This document shows positions 1 to 11,545 of a DNA stretch of 64,000 nt, in pieces; within the stretch, counting starts at the first letter, position 1, and the number at the start of each line of letters is the position of its first letter. Below the pieces are notes generated by a model that ran no database searches, was not told the DNA's origin, and saw only the letters and a program-made list of their open reading frames with translations. This stretch comes from Centroscyllium fabricii. Lineage: Eukaryota. A program made the position numbers and the translations under genes. The stretch is taken from positions 243,660,001 to 243,724,000 of the forward strand of contig JBNRSN020000005.1 in the NCBI GenBank assembly GCA_051313645.2, read 5' to 3'.

Positions 1-1110
1 TTCCTGTGGCCTGATTGCTGCGGGTGCGTGCAGATTTGCACCCGTCCGAGATTTTTTATTTTTTTATCTGCTGGACTTCCTGTGTGAAATGTCGATTTTT
101 TTTCGTGGGCAGGGGTCTGTTTTTTTTTGGTGCGTAGTGCTTTGTGCGTTGGTCGGGTGCAGGACACGCCCCCTGAGGTCGGCTTTTTGAGACCACGCCC
201 CCACAGAACGCACAGATCAAAGAAAATCAAGTGTTCAACTAAAGAAAAGAACAGGTAAGGAAGAAGTTTTTCTTTGGTTTTTTTCCAGTTTGTAGGAAGC
301 TGGTCTTACAGCTTGTAAAGCTGATGGTTTTTATATTTTTTTGTGATAGGTCAAAAATCGGCGATTTCAACCCCTCGCAGCTCTCAGCTGAAACAGCTCA
401 GCTGTCAGCTGGAATCGCGTAGAAATCGGCGATTTTTTAACTATCACCAAAAAATATATAAAGCTTCATGTTTGTGGTCTTACAGCTTGTAAATCTGCTG
501 GTTTATATATTTTTTTGTGACAGTTTAAAAAATCGGGAATTTGAACAGCTCAAATTCCCGATTTTTTAAACTTTCACAAAAAAAAATATAAACCATCAGA
601 TTTACAAGCTGTAAGACCACAAACATGAAGCTTTATATATTTTTTGGTGATAGTTAAAAAATCGCCGATTTCTACGCGATTCCAGCTGACAGCTGAGCTG
701 TTTCAGCTGAGAGCTGCGAGGGGTTGAAATCGCCGATTTTTGACCTATCACAAAAAATATAAAAACCATCAGATTTACAAGCTGTAAGACCACAAACAAA
801 TATCTCCAAAGGAATAATTTTTTTTTAAACTTTAAACCTGTTTTTTTCACTTCTCAAACCTGCCTGCACTCTCTTAAGACTGGTATTTACGTGGGCAGAA
901 AAATGGAGGCTTCCCCACGTTGTACACCTGAATTTTGAGCATCAGAGTACAGGAAGTCTGCAGCTCAAAGTGCTTCGTGGGGAGGAAGCTGAAGCCCCTT
1001 GCCCATCAGCACAGGAAGTTCACGTTTCTGGTAAGCACCTGAGCTGCCTCCCCACAAAGCATTTTCGTGGGGGGGCAGCTCTTCTGGAGCACAGGAAGAC
1101 AGGGCCCAAT
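1..1110. mobile_element. Non-autonomous DNA transposon (PIF/Harbinger-like end) with a large internal palindrome; left end cut by the window edge
   Basis: Right end cacaggaagacagggccc (~1090-1107) is the reverse complement of gggccctgtc-ttcctgtg, and the window begins ttcctgtg. No transposase ORF. Confidence 0.5.
301..792. repeat. Near-perfect ~245-bp-arm palindrome with a 5-nt loop
   Basis: tggtcttacagcttgtaaa...gggaatttga-acagc-tcaaattccc...tttacaagctgtaagacca; only a few mismatches or indels between arms. Confidence 0.95.
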
Positions 1111-1227
1111 AAAAAATAAATATGAATTGCAGATTGGCTTTTATGGAAACTGCATGTTTGTAGTTTTATTGTTGAATGTTTTTGTCTAATTTAGTTTTAT
1201 TTTGCTAGGAGGTTGTAAAGGGAAATA

Positions 1228-1541
1228 TAGGTCCACAATCCCTTATCTAAAACCCTTGGGGCCAAATGTGTTTCGGAATTTTTCGGATTTCGGATTTTTG
1301 ATATTTTCAGTGAAATTAAACTCAAAATCACAAAATCACAAAAAATATCAGAGAGCAGCAGAAGCACGTGTGACTGGTAGCAGCACGGAGACATAACTGA
1401 CACCTCACACCTGCGTGGGTCAAACATCGGCTGTGTCAGGTCGTGTTTAGCGCAACGCGGGTCATGTCGTGCACACGAGTGACGCTCCATGAAAAAACTT
1501 TCGGTTTTCAGAGCTTTTCCAATTTAGGAATTGCAGACCTG
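1228..1541. mobile_element. Tc1/mariner (Tigger/pogo-like) MITE
   Basis: TA-flanked, ends (c/t)aggtccacaatccc...ggaattgcagacctg; same family as 10694-11039 and 23382-23695. Confidence 0.75.
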
Positions 1542-1839
1542 TAGGACATTAGCGAAGGAGCGATGCATTAATAAAAGACTCGCTACATGCAGCACTTTCA
1601 AATTGAGTATTATATAGTGTTATAATTTAGATTTGGGGGGGGGGGGGTCCTGCAACCAAAAAAGCTTGAGAACCACTGTATTTTATAGCAGCCCATTGGT
1701 TAGTGATTTAAGGGTTAATTCCTCAATATTATTCGAAGCTTCTACTCCAGAGGGAAACTGTCCCGCATGGAGATAGTTGATCCACAATCCATTCGAGTGG
1801 CGGAGAAAGGCAGCCAAGTTGCGATCTCAGGAAATAGGA

Positions 1840-2470
1840 CTTAGCAGCTCACACTTACATAGCATCGCCACGTTAAAAAAATATCTGCCAGCAGAGTGAG
1901 GCAAATACAAAACCAGACTAGAGGGAAGAACCGGGAGCGGAATTATTCAATGGGGTTAAAGGAGCTGTTGGAGATTAACGTTTCGAGAAGCTGTGGCAGC
2001 AGGGCGGAGGAGTTAAGGCAGGAGGATTTTTGGAAGGAGATCCAAAAGGCAGGAACTTGTGGCCGAATCAACAGGGGACCCGAAGAGCCTGAAGGCTTCA
2101 CATGGGCAAGCCGAGTTTTGTGATGGCGCGGGGGGAGGGGGGGGGGGCGTGTAGGAAAATGATGGAATGTGGTCCGGATAATTTGGAAGCGGGAAGGAAC
2201 AAGAGGCTGAAGTCAGGGGATACAGGAAGAGGTGCACATGACTGGACATGAATTCCATAAACTTCTCGCATATAGAATGGGAGGCCAGCATGGAAGGAAC
2301 GGGGGAGAGGGGTTAGGATAGAGGACACCGTTTGTAGTAGAGGTTAGGAGTTGGTAATTGCTTCTATGAGCCAAGATAAATTAAAAGTAGGAGGCAGATT
2401 TAGCCAAGGGGAAAGGGTGATGGTAAATCTTCACACATTCAGGCCAGGTTTGGTGATGAACTGACAGGTA
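1840..2470 (-). mobile_element. Degenerate L2-like LINE 3' fragment
   Basis: Resembles the better-preserved L2 3' ends at 9450-9930 and 43955-44210; heavily decayed. Confidence 0.4.
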
Positions 2471-2488
2471 ATGAAGGCTTAGTTAGTT

Positions 2489-3490
2489 TGACTTTACATC
2501 CCAGATTTACAGAACAAATGGGAAACTGTTCAACCTCTGTCATCTCAAGTCCAGATCCAAGGTCGTCCCATCCTCTGTCGTCGAGTTACAGTATGCAGGC
2601 GACGCTTGTGTCTGCACTCACTCAGAGGTCGAACTCCAAACCATCGTCAGCACCATCACCGAAGTATACGAGAGCATGGGCCTTGCACTAAATATCCGTA
2701 AGACAAAGGTCCTCTACCAACCTGCCCCCGCCACACAGTACTGCCCCCCGATTATCAAAATCCATGACAAGGCCTTGGATAACGTGGACCACTTTCCATA
2801 ACTCTGGAGCCTAATGTCAACAAGGGCAGACGTCAACAACGAAGTCCAACACCGCCTTCAGTGTGCCAGCGCAGCCTTCGGTCGCCTGAGGAAGAGAGTG
2901 TTTGAAGACAAGGACCTCAAACCTGGCACCAAGCTCATGGTCTACAGAGCAGCAGTGATACCCGCCCTGCTTTATGCCTCAGAGACATGGACCATGTACA
3001 CCAGGCACCTCAAAGCACTGGAGAGGGACCACCAACGCTGCCTCAGCAAGATCCTGCAAATCAATTGGCAAGATAGGTGCACCAACGTCGGTGTTCTTGC
3101 TCAGGCCAACATCCACAGCATCGAATCTTTGACCACGTTCGATCAGCTCCGATGGACGGGTCACACTGTCCGCATGCCCGATACGAGACTGCCAAAACAA
3201 GCGTTCTACTCGGAGCTCCTGCACAGCAAGAGAGCCCCAGGTGGGCAGGGGAAATGCTTCAAGGACACCCTCAAAGCCTCCTTGAAAAAGTGTAACATCC
3301 CCACCGACAGCTGGGAATCCCTGGCCCATGACCGCACAAAGTGGAGGAGAAGCATCCGGGAAGGCTCCGAACACATCGAGTCTCTTCGCCGGGAGCAAGC
3401 GGTAGCCAAGTGCAAACAGCGGAAGGAGCGCACGTCAACCCATGCACCTCACCCACCCGCCCCTTCAACCACCGTCTGCCCCACCTGTGA
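2489..3490 (+). pseudogene. RTE (BovB-like) LINE 3' fragment: RT C-terminal part, frameshifted
   Basis: Translates LQYAGDACVCTH (decayed YADD), ASAAFGRLRKRVF, LLYASETWT, QLRWTGH..RMPDTRLPKQ..YSEL and a terminal CPTC motif, all typical of RTE ORFs. Confidence 0.9.
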
Positions 3491-3494
3491 GAGC

Positions 3495-3832
3495 AGCGGG
3501 GGAGGCCGAGGGGGACGGTGCTGGCGGTCAGCCAGCAATAAAAATGGCCAACCGTCACACCCTTTAAGCAGCACTCGAGCTGGTTCGGCCGGGGAAAGCT
3601 GGCGCGGGCAGCGCCCAGGGGCAAAATGGCAGGCGCTGCCCAGTTCCGGCCGCAGGCGCCTCCCAGGCGATGCGCGGCATGATGATGTCATTCTCGACAT
3701 CCAGCTGGGTGCTAAATTCGTTGGGGCGCTGCCATTAAGCCCCCAACTTAGCGCCCAGCTGAATTTAGCGCTGGGCGCTATCTGTGGCGCCTGATTTTGG
3801 GCGCTAACGGGCCGGCGCCAATTTAGCCCCCT
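3495..3832. mobile_element. GC-rich MITE fragment (Harbinger-like end)
   Basis: Repeated gcgcc/ggcgc motifs ending aatttagcccccta. Confidence 0.4.
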
Positions 3833-4380
3833 AAGACTGCATTGATACTACGGTTGTAGCATTGATGCAAAGTGATTTTGGTTCACATCAATGTTGCATT
3901 AATAGCGTTTAAATACAATGTGAATCCAGAGTCAGGGCCTGAGCCAATGCTGGAGAACAGCAGAGTGACACTCCCTGGAAGAGATCATCTCACTCTGCTT
4001 TGCATCAGATTCAGAGTCAGTTCAAGCCTTCACACCCGGTTCACACTCCGTAAGTTTAGCACGGAAACCATTCTGCAGTGACACTAAACTTGTAGCATGA
4101 ATTCATCATTAAGAGTTGCAGGTGATCTTCAGTATCGCTGTAGCTGAATTTGGAGCTATAATTTAACTAGGATGAGATGTGGGTTATTCAGGATTCCTCA
4201 TGTTAGCACTTGGCTTCTGTAGAGTGTTTCTTTGTCATTCCTCTCTGAAAACTACCGAAACTATACCAACAGATGTCGGTAGATTGAAGGGCCGTGGGAC
4301 TTCCATCCACCATCTTAATGTCGGGAAGCACTACTATACCAATTATGTTAACAGGCAGTTGTGAACTCTATAGTTTAGTA

Positions 4381-4724
4381 CAGCTCCGACACCGTTAATC
4401 CGGCACTGGCGGGACTAGGCCGGTGCCGGATTAGTAAAAATCCAAACGATTGAAGCTTCGGCGAGCGCATGCGCAGACCATTCAAAATGGTGAAGGCCGG
4501 TGGCCATTTTGAATGGTCTGCGCATGCACTCGCCGAAGCATCAATCGTTCGGGGAGACGCCCAGGCATGCGCAGCCAAGAGCGGTGGCCATTTTGCACAT
4601 GCGTAGACCAGTTGGGCAGTCAGGGAGCAGCCATTTTGTGCATGCGCAGACCAGTCGGTCAGATTCGTTCCCGACGACTGAAGTTTCCGGATTAACAGTG
4701 CCCGGATTAACGGTGTCGGACCTG
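4381..4724. mobile_element. Tigger-like MITE
   Basis: TA TSD; 23-bp TIR cag(c/g)tccgacaccgttaatccgg. Confidence 0.85.
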
Positions 4725-4929
4725 TATTAACTAAAATAAAAATAGCGCCTTCAAAATAAACTTCCAATAAGAACACAAAGTCTTAAGCCCTGATTTTAAC
4801 AACCCCCAAGGGGTACAAGTACTAACCTCCCCGCTCAGGCTGCCCTCCTGCTGGGAGCACCTCGTAAAGATTCAAAAGCCGGCATCCAATTTTAATCGCG
4901 TCGCCGACAGGGCAGGAACTGGATCCAGG

Positions 4930-5620
4930 GCTACAAGGGGCTCCACTCCCATTCAGGCCTCACCGTCTGTGACCTCTTGCATTGTTCTACGGAAGCTCAG
5001 TGTAAGCTTGAGGAACAACACCTCATCTTTCGCTTAGGCACTCTACAACGCTCTGGACTAAACATAGAGTTCAACAATTTCAGATCATAACCTCGGCCCC
5101 TACCACATATTTTATATATAATGCGGAGGTGCCGGTGTTGGACTGGGGTGGACAAATGCAAAAAGTCACACAACACCAGGTTTAAAGTCCAACGTTTTAT
5201 TTTAAATCACAAGCTTTACCTGTACCTGTATATATTTTCTCTTCTTTTTAAATCCACACTTTCATCTGGGCTTTTTTCTATTTTCTTCTCTCTGCCAGAG
5301 GCGTTCACACATCATCCAGAGCCATCCTGTGTTCCTTGAATATCTCAATGTCTCTCGGTGTGTCTCTTAACGTCTCTTTAATCTCCCTGCCTTCTATCCT
5401 GTCACTGACCTTCCCTTTTGTTCTTTCACCCCCTCCCCCTTTCCCCAGCTCCTACTTGCTTTAAAATCTAACCCCTCTTCTGGTTTTTTCCCGTTCTGAC
5501 GAAAGGTCTTCGACCTGAAATGTTAACTCTGTTTCTCTCTCCACCGATGCTGCCTGGTCTGCTGAGTTTCTCCAGCGTTTTCTGTCGTTATTTCGGATTT
5601 CCAGCATCCGCAGTATTTTG
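4930..5620 (+). mobile_element. Penelope-like element 3' fragment (end of GIY-YIG endonuclease plus pseudo-LTR)
   Basis: Encodes EAQCKLEEQHLIFRLGTLQRSGLNIEFNNFRS*, matching the end of ORF 22558-23268, followed by the HHR-bearing tail. Confidence 0.85.
5493..5527 (+). ncRNA. Minimal type I hammerhead ribozyme motif (Penelope-associated)
   Basis: gtt-CTGACGA-aAGGTC-ttc-GACCT-GAAA-tg-TT-aac: core boxes, stem II and 3-bp stem I present; CG of the stem III loop decayed to TG. Confidence 0.7.
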
Positions 5621-7307
5621 CTATCCTACAAGAGGCCCAGCAAGGTCAGATATCTGACCGCTCTAACGGTTTCATTGTGGGCCTGGAGGGACAGGACTAT
5701 TCCTCAGCGCCCTGCAAAAATATATTGGGCCTCCTCTGGTCGTGTCGCCCCAATTCCTACGCCTGCCTGCTCGTCAGCCCCGTTGGGAGTCCACTTGTGT
5801 ATGGAGATGAGGCCCAGGGTTAAAATGGCCAGCCTCCGGACTGCTCAAACCGGTCACTCCCCCTCGCCCTCCCCCCAACGCCGCATTCATTCCCCGAGTT
5901 AAAATCGGGGCTTTCGTCTTGGAACAGCGACCAATGCATTGTGGAGCTGTAAAGCGGGGAAGGATGGCCAGTTCAAACACCTCACACTTCATTAAAGCCG
6001 GTTTATATGAAATACCAAAAGCACAAACAGCTTCTGCAGACTGATTACTGTTTTTATTTATTAAGTACAGCTGTTTGCACAGTTTGAAAAAGGGTAACAG
6101 CTGCAGGAAAATACCTTTGCCTGTAATCCATCTCTCACTCACACACAGATTCGAGACCATCAGAAAGGGACTGCTGCCTGGTACAGCAATCAGACTGTAG
6201 CGAAGAAATAGTAAGAAATTAGGGGGCATTTTTAGCTTGCAAATGATCTCTCTCTGTGGAAAGGGCAGGGCAGGGTGTAACCAATAACATTGTCTCGCCT
6301 TATCACCCAAGTTCAGTGTCAGCTGTGTGGTGTATGTACCTTTAAGGTTTGTACTGGGCACTACTTTGTGTAGTGCCAGGATATTGTAGTACCGCGGTCT
6401 ACCACAGTTGTATATAAGTTCGTACGTGGAACAATATGCTCAGTTCCAGACTCTCTAATGTAGAATAAACATCTCTTGGTTTCATACCTTGAAGTCTACT
6501 CCGCTGTTATTATAACTCGATAGCGCGGACTTAACAATGGCGATGAGGTCGGTCGAATCCACAGCTGTGTAATTGGCTGATAAGAAGAATGAAAATTTTT
6601 CAGTTCTTGCAATCAACCATCGACCTCTACGACACACCCTGCACTCCAAAAGAGGGAGCAGCAGCGATTTTCCAGTAACGCAGAGGGAACACAGACAGCC
6701 AGCACTCCAACATCGGGAGTGGCGTTGGCACCTTCAGTACAGCCAGCTTTCCAACATCGCAGGGAAGATCGTTGACAGGAGCGTCGGCGGTAGGAATCGG
6801 GTACCCAGCTCAGCAACGGCAGAAAGGCCGCAGAAGGCAGGACCCAGCCCAGCAAAGGCAGTCGGACATCGGCCGTCAACTCGAGGCGGGGCCAGGACAA
6901 TGGCAGATGCAGTCGGACATCGGACGTCGGCGGAGAGACACAGGCAGCGGCAGTCGCACATCAGGGTCAACTGAGGAGATTCAGAGCGGCAGAGCCAGTC
7001 ACATACGGTGGTTGTCGAGGATCAAGGTTGGTCCTCCAACCGCAGGACTACGACAGAGTGCAGGTAGAGCGCAATCCTTCCCAAAGACCGCGGGGGAAAT
7101 CGGAAACTCAGCGGGGAAGGACAGAGAAAGGCGGGGGACGCCATCTTGGAGGCAGGAAAAGCACCGGAAGAGAAGCGGAAAGGCGGGAAAAGCGCCGGAA
7201 GAGAAGCGGAAAGGCGGGAAAATGTCATCTTTAGGACAGAAAGCGCCGGAAGAGAAGCGAAAAGGCGGGAAAAGATGCCATTTTGAACGCTTCAGAATAT
7301 AGTAACC

Positions 7308-7995
7308 ATGGCTAGATTAAACCATTTCGGGGCCTTCCAACCAGAGAAGGAAGACTGGAAGGCATACCTAGAACGCTTTGACATCTATTGTAAAGTACAG
7401 ACAGTAACAGATGCCAACAAAGTAAACACCCTGTTGAATGCAATGGGACCTGAAACTTACGAGTTGTTAAGAACCCTGGTGTCCCCAGACAAGCCAGCGG
7501 ACAAAACGCTGCAAGAGATTATAAACGTTTTAAGCGAGAATTTAAACCCCAAACCCCCATTTATAGCAGAATGCTTCAAGTTGTTTAAAAGGGAACAACA
7601 AAAAGGAGAGTCACAGTCAGAGTACATAACGGAACTCAGAAGACTGTCTAAGAACTGTGCATTTGGGGATGAACTGCCTAACTACTTAAGGGACTGTGTG
7701 TGGAATTTTGGATGAATCTACACAAAAGAAACTTTTAGCCAAAAAAACGCTCACACTAGAGCAGGCGATAGAAACTGCAGCAGCACACAAGGCAGCTGCT
7801 GCAGGGGCAGCCGAGATTAGGAACAATGGGATCTACCACGAGACCCATGAAATTACAACACGCGCTAAAAAGTGCTACCGCTGTGGCAAGACCACACATG
7901 ACCAGAGTAGGTGTTGGGCTAAAGACAAGGACTGTAGACAGTGTGGCAAGATAGGCCACATAGGGCTTGCAGATCTGGGAAGCTATCTAAAATGA
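7308..7995 (+). pseudogene. gag: Element A gag, frameshifted, with zinc knuckles
   Basis: EDWKAYLERF, TYELLRTLVSPDKP, YITELRRLSKNCAFG; CYRCGKTTHDQSRC and CRQCGKIGH. Confidence 0.9.
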
Positions 7996-8031
7996 CACAG
8001 ACAGTCCAGGCCTAAGAAACTAAACAAACTA

Positions 8032-8670
8032 GTGGAAGATGGTTCAGATAATGAATCGGAAAACTCTAATAGAGACGAATGGGGTCTTGGAAGTCTCAAG
8101 GTCCACAACATGGGCAATTCCACAGATCGTAGTGTTATATGGGTTCCCCTCAAGCTTGCGGGAGTGGAGATATCTATGGAATTAGACACGGGGTCAGCAC
8201 TCTCGGTGATCAATGAAAAATTTTACAGGAAGGCATTCAGAGGGGCGCCTCTAGAAAAATCCCCAGTCATCCTAAAAACATATACAAGGCAAAAAAATTT
8301 GGACAATGGGGAGGCTGCCCGTTGCAGTCCAATAATTGGGGAAACAAATAAAGGGACTGTACTTATATGTCCTAAAGGATGGTGGAGCACCACTCCTGGG
8401 GCGGGAATGGATCAGAAGGATCAACCTCGACTGGAGTACAATAAACAAGCTTCAGATTTTGAGCAAGACCAATGATAAACAATCGGTTGCTGGGAGACTA
8501 ACCACAATATTGGAGAAAAACCCAGAGGTTTTCCAACCTGGCCTGGGGGAGTTAAAAAATATTAATGCGAGAGTGATGATTACACAAGGGGCAACCCCAA
8601 TATTTACTAAAGCACGGCCAGTACCTTACGCCATAAGACCGGCTGTGGAGGCAGAGCTAGAGACCTTGAC
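8032..8670 (+). pseudogene. pol: Element A aspartic protease and start of RT, truncated
   Basis: MELDTGSALS, APLLGREWI, ARPVPYAIRPAVEAELE. Confidence 0.9.
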
Positions 8671-8713
8671 GACTAGTCCGCTGTTATTATAACTCGATAG
8701 CGCGGACTTAACA

Positions 8714-9100
8714 AGCTGTGGCTCAGTGAGTCAGAAGGTCGTGGGTTCAAGTCGCACTCCAGAGACTTGACCACAAAAGTCTAGGCCGACACTCCAATGC
8801 AGTGCTGAGGGAGTGCTGCACTGGCGCAGGTGCCATCTTTCAGATGAGATGTTAAAGCGAGGCCCCGTCTGCCCTCTCAGGTTGACATAAAAGATCCCAT
8901 GGCACTATTTCGAAGAGGAGCTGGCGAGTTCTCCCCGCTGTCCTGGCCAATAATTATCCATCAACCAACATCACTAAAACAGTGCTGTTTGTGGGAGCTT
9001 GCTGTGCGCAAATTGCTGCTACGTTTCCTACATTACAACCGTGACTACACTTGAAAGTTGGCTGTAAAGTGCTTTGGAATGTCCCGAGGTTATAAGTGCA
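8714..9100 (+). mobile_element. tRNA-derived Deu-domain SINE (SacSINE1-like), interrupted at its 5' end by element A
   Basis: A box tggctcagtg, B box ggttcaagtc; body shared with 17103-17560, 49206-49640 and 54912-55376. Confidence 0.8.
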
Positions 9101-9934
9101 ATCAGCAAAACCTGTTCGGTAATTACTCTTAGGTACCACACGATCTTAAGCCTCCATAAGGCCCCACCATGGCCTTTAAAAGCAATACAGCATCGCAGCT
9201 GACTGCGCTTAAAGTTTAAAATAGGAGTCAAATTTATTGCAAGCAATGAACAAACACAATCTAACAGTGATAAAACCCAGATATATATTTGCAGTAAAAT
9301 GCCTTTTGTTTAACTCAAATAGATAAAACAATAAAAGATCGTAACTTACTAAAGAAAGCTTTTTGGAGATAACTTTTAAATACACATACTATTCTGCTTT
9401 TCTTTCTGGGATAGCAACCCGTCTTTTGGCTCCTCATGGAATTTGAAACAACAACAGCTCGCTTTTATATAGTATCTTTAATGTTGTAAATCTTCCCAAG
9501 GCACTTCACTGGAGCGTAAGCAGACAAAGTTTGACACCAAGCCACATACGGAGATAGTAAGGCAGGTGGCCAAAAGCTTGGTCAAAGAGGCAGGTTTTAA
9601 GGAGGAGAGAGAAGTGGAGAGGTTTAGGGAGGGAATTCCAGAGTTTAGGACCGAGGCAGCTGAAGGCACGGCCACCAATGGTGGGGTAAAGGAAATCAGG
9701 GATGCACAAGAGGCCAGAATTGAAGGAACACAGAGTTCCCAGAGAGTTGTAGGGCTGGAAAAGGTTACAGAGATAGGATGGGGTGAGGCCATGGAGGGAT
9801 TTGAATTTTAAATTCAAGGCATTGCTGGACCAGGAGCTAAGGTAGGTCAGTGAGACCAGGGGTGAACGGGACTTGGCCAGAGTTAGAATAGAGGCGGCAG
9901 AGTTTTGGATGAGCTGAAGTTTACGGAGGATGGA

Positions 9935-10326
9935 AGAAACATAGAAGATAGGAGCAGGAGTAGGCCATTCGGCCCTTCGAGCCTGCTCCGCCATTCAATG
10001 AGATCATGGCTGATCATCCAAACCCAGTACCCTGTCCTCTCCCCATATCCCTCGATCCCTATCCAGTCTGCACCGACACATATCCCACCCTATCCCCGTA
10101 ACCCCACATATTTAATCGCCCTAACACTAAGGGCCAATTTATCCTGGCCAATCAACCTAACCTGCACATCTTTGGACTGTGGGAGGAAACCGGAGCACCC
10201 GGAGGAAACCCACGCAGACACGGGGAGAATGTGCAAACTCCACACAGATAGTACCCGAGGCTGGATTTGAACCCGGGCCCCTAGCGCTGAGACAACAGTG
10301 CTAACCACTATGCCACTGTGCCGCCC
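9935..10326 (-). mobile_element. HE1-like V-SINE with a CR1/HER1 3' tail
   Basis: tRNA head (gtggttagcact...ggttcaaatcc), V-domain tgtgtggagtttgcacattctccccgtgtctgcgtgggtttcctccggg, tail shared with CR1 3' ends. Confidence 0.85.
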
Positions 10327-10693
10327 TGAAGATGGGAGGCAGGCCAGGAGAGCGCTGGAATAGTTAAATCTAGAGGTAACAAAGGCATGGATGAGGGTTG
10401 ATAAATTGTCTGATATATTTATAGTGGGAAGTGCTGAGGCAAGGGTGGAGACGGGGGATGTTGTGACAAGGCGGTGGATGGAAGCGGTTTTGGTGGCAGA
10501 GCGTACATGTGGTCGGAAGTTCACCTCCGGGCCAAGTAGGACACCGAGGTTGTGAACGGTCTGGTTCAGCCTCAGACAATGGCCAGGGAAGGGGATGGAT
10601 CGGTGACTCGGGACGGAGTTTGTGGCAGGGGCCAAAGACAATGGCTTTTGTCTTCCCAATATTTAATTGGAGCAAATTTCTGCTGATCCAATA

Positions 10694-11039
10694 CAGGTAC
10701 ACAATTAACCGCACATCCGAAAACTGAAAAGCTCCGAAAACTGAGAACCAGAGTTGCGCCAAAATAACTTTTTTTTTCTTAAATAAATTGAAGGAAGTGA
10801 CCACCAGCTGCAGCATTTATCAGTGAGAAAAAAGATATTTTTACCTTAAGGCAAGCTTAAAGGTTGCTGTTGATGCCGTGCTGAGGAAATAAACCGTCGA
10901 TATGCCGTTCCCCGACTGCGAACTGGGCCGCAAACACGGAAATGCGCATGCGCAACTGGTCACCATCCAAAAACCGAGAAATCCCGACAACCGAGACCCG
11001 TCCAGTCCCACAGGTCTCGGATAAGGGATTGTGTACCTG
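10694..11039. mobile_element. Tigger-like MITE
   Basis: TA TSD; TIR caggtacacaat. Confidence 0.8.
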
Positions 11040-11309
11040 TACCAGTTGTCGGATAAGCAGCGTGACACAAGCTACCTGCTCCCTTGACCACCTCCTAAAC
11101 ATTCAACTGTCTATCGTCTGACAAATGCTTACTGGCGTAATCAGCCTTTCCTTCTTCAGATATTCTTCCCTCCATTTCAAAATCACCAAGACCTTTCTTA
11201 AAAAAGCCCATCCTCAGTTCTCCCAGCTGCTCAGTCAGGAGGTTGTGGGTTCAAACCCCACTCCAGGGATTTGAGCACATAAATCTAGGTTGCCACTCCA
11301 GTGCAGTGC

Positions 11310-11545
11310 TTAATGTCTCTTAATCTCTCCTGCCTTCCACCCCTATCACAGACCTTCCCTTTTGTTCTTTCCCCAACCCCCCTTTCCCGGCCCCTACACT
11401 TGCTGAAAAATCTGTTACATCTCCAACTTTTTCCAGCTCTGACAAAAGGGTCATCGACCTGAAACGTTAACTCTGTTTCTCTCTCCACAGTTGCTGCCTG
11501 ACCTGCTGAGTATTTCCAGCACTTTCTGTTATTATTTCAGAGTTC
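11310..11545 (+). mobile_element. Penelope pseudo-LTR with a mutated hammerhead (11435-11472)
   Basis: Similar to 5370-5620; ctgacaaaagggtcatcgacctgaaacgttaact. Confidence 0.75.

Larger units (their letters stand above)
6326..8713 (+). mobile_element. Ty3/Gypsy element A, internally deleted (5' LTR 6326-6536; 3' LTR remnant 8677-8713)
   Basis: 5-bp TSD agctg (6321-6325, 8714-8718); TG...CA ends; TATA-like box and AATAAA in the LTR; tRNA-type PBS tggcgatgagg at 6538. Confidence 0.92.
9450..11070 (-). mobile_element. L2 LINE 3' fragment interrupted by an HE1 SINE and a MITE
   Basis: LQLIQNSAASILT, GGRAFSCLGPKLWNSLP, LIHAFVTSRFNYSSALL, LQLNIGKTKAIVFG. Confidence 0.85.

Noticed and set aside
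3490-3794. C-terminal extension of the 326-aa RTE ORF
   Set aside because: Read-through from the LINE into an adjacent MITE, not a genuine fusion protein.
4005-4110. Minus-strand ATGATGA...CTGA resembling a C/D box snoRNA
   Set aside because: No convincing terminal stem or recognisable rRNA guide; such motifs are expected by chance.
6573-7302. ORFs upstream of gag in element A
   Set aside because: GC-rich repetitive leader with no domain similarity; not an env or accessory gene on present evidence.
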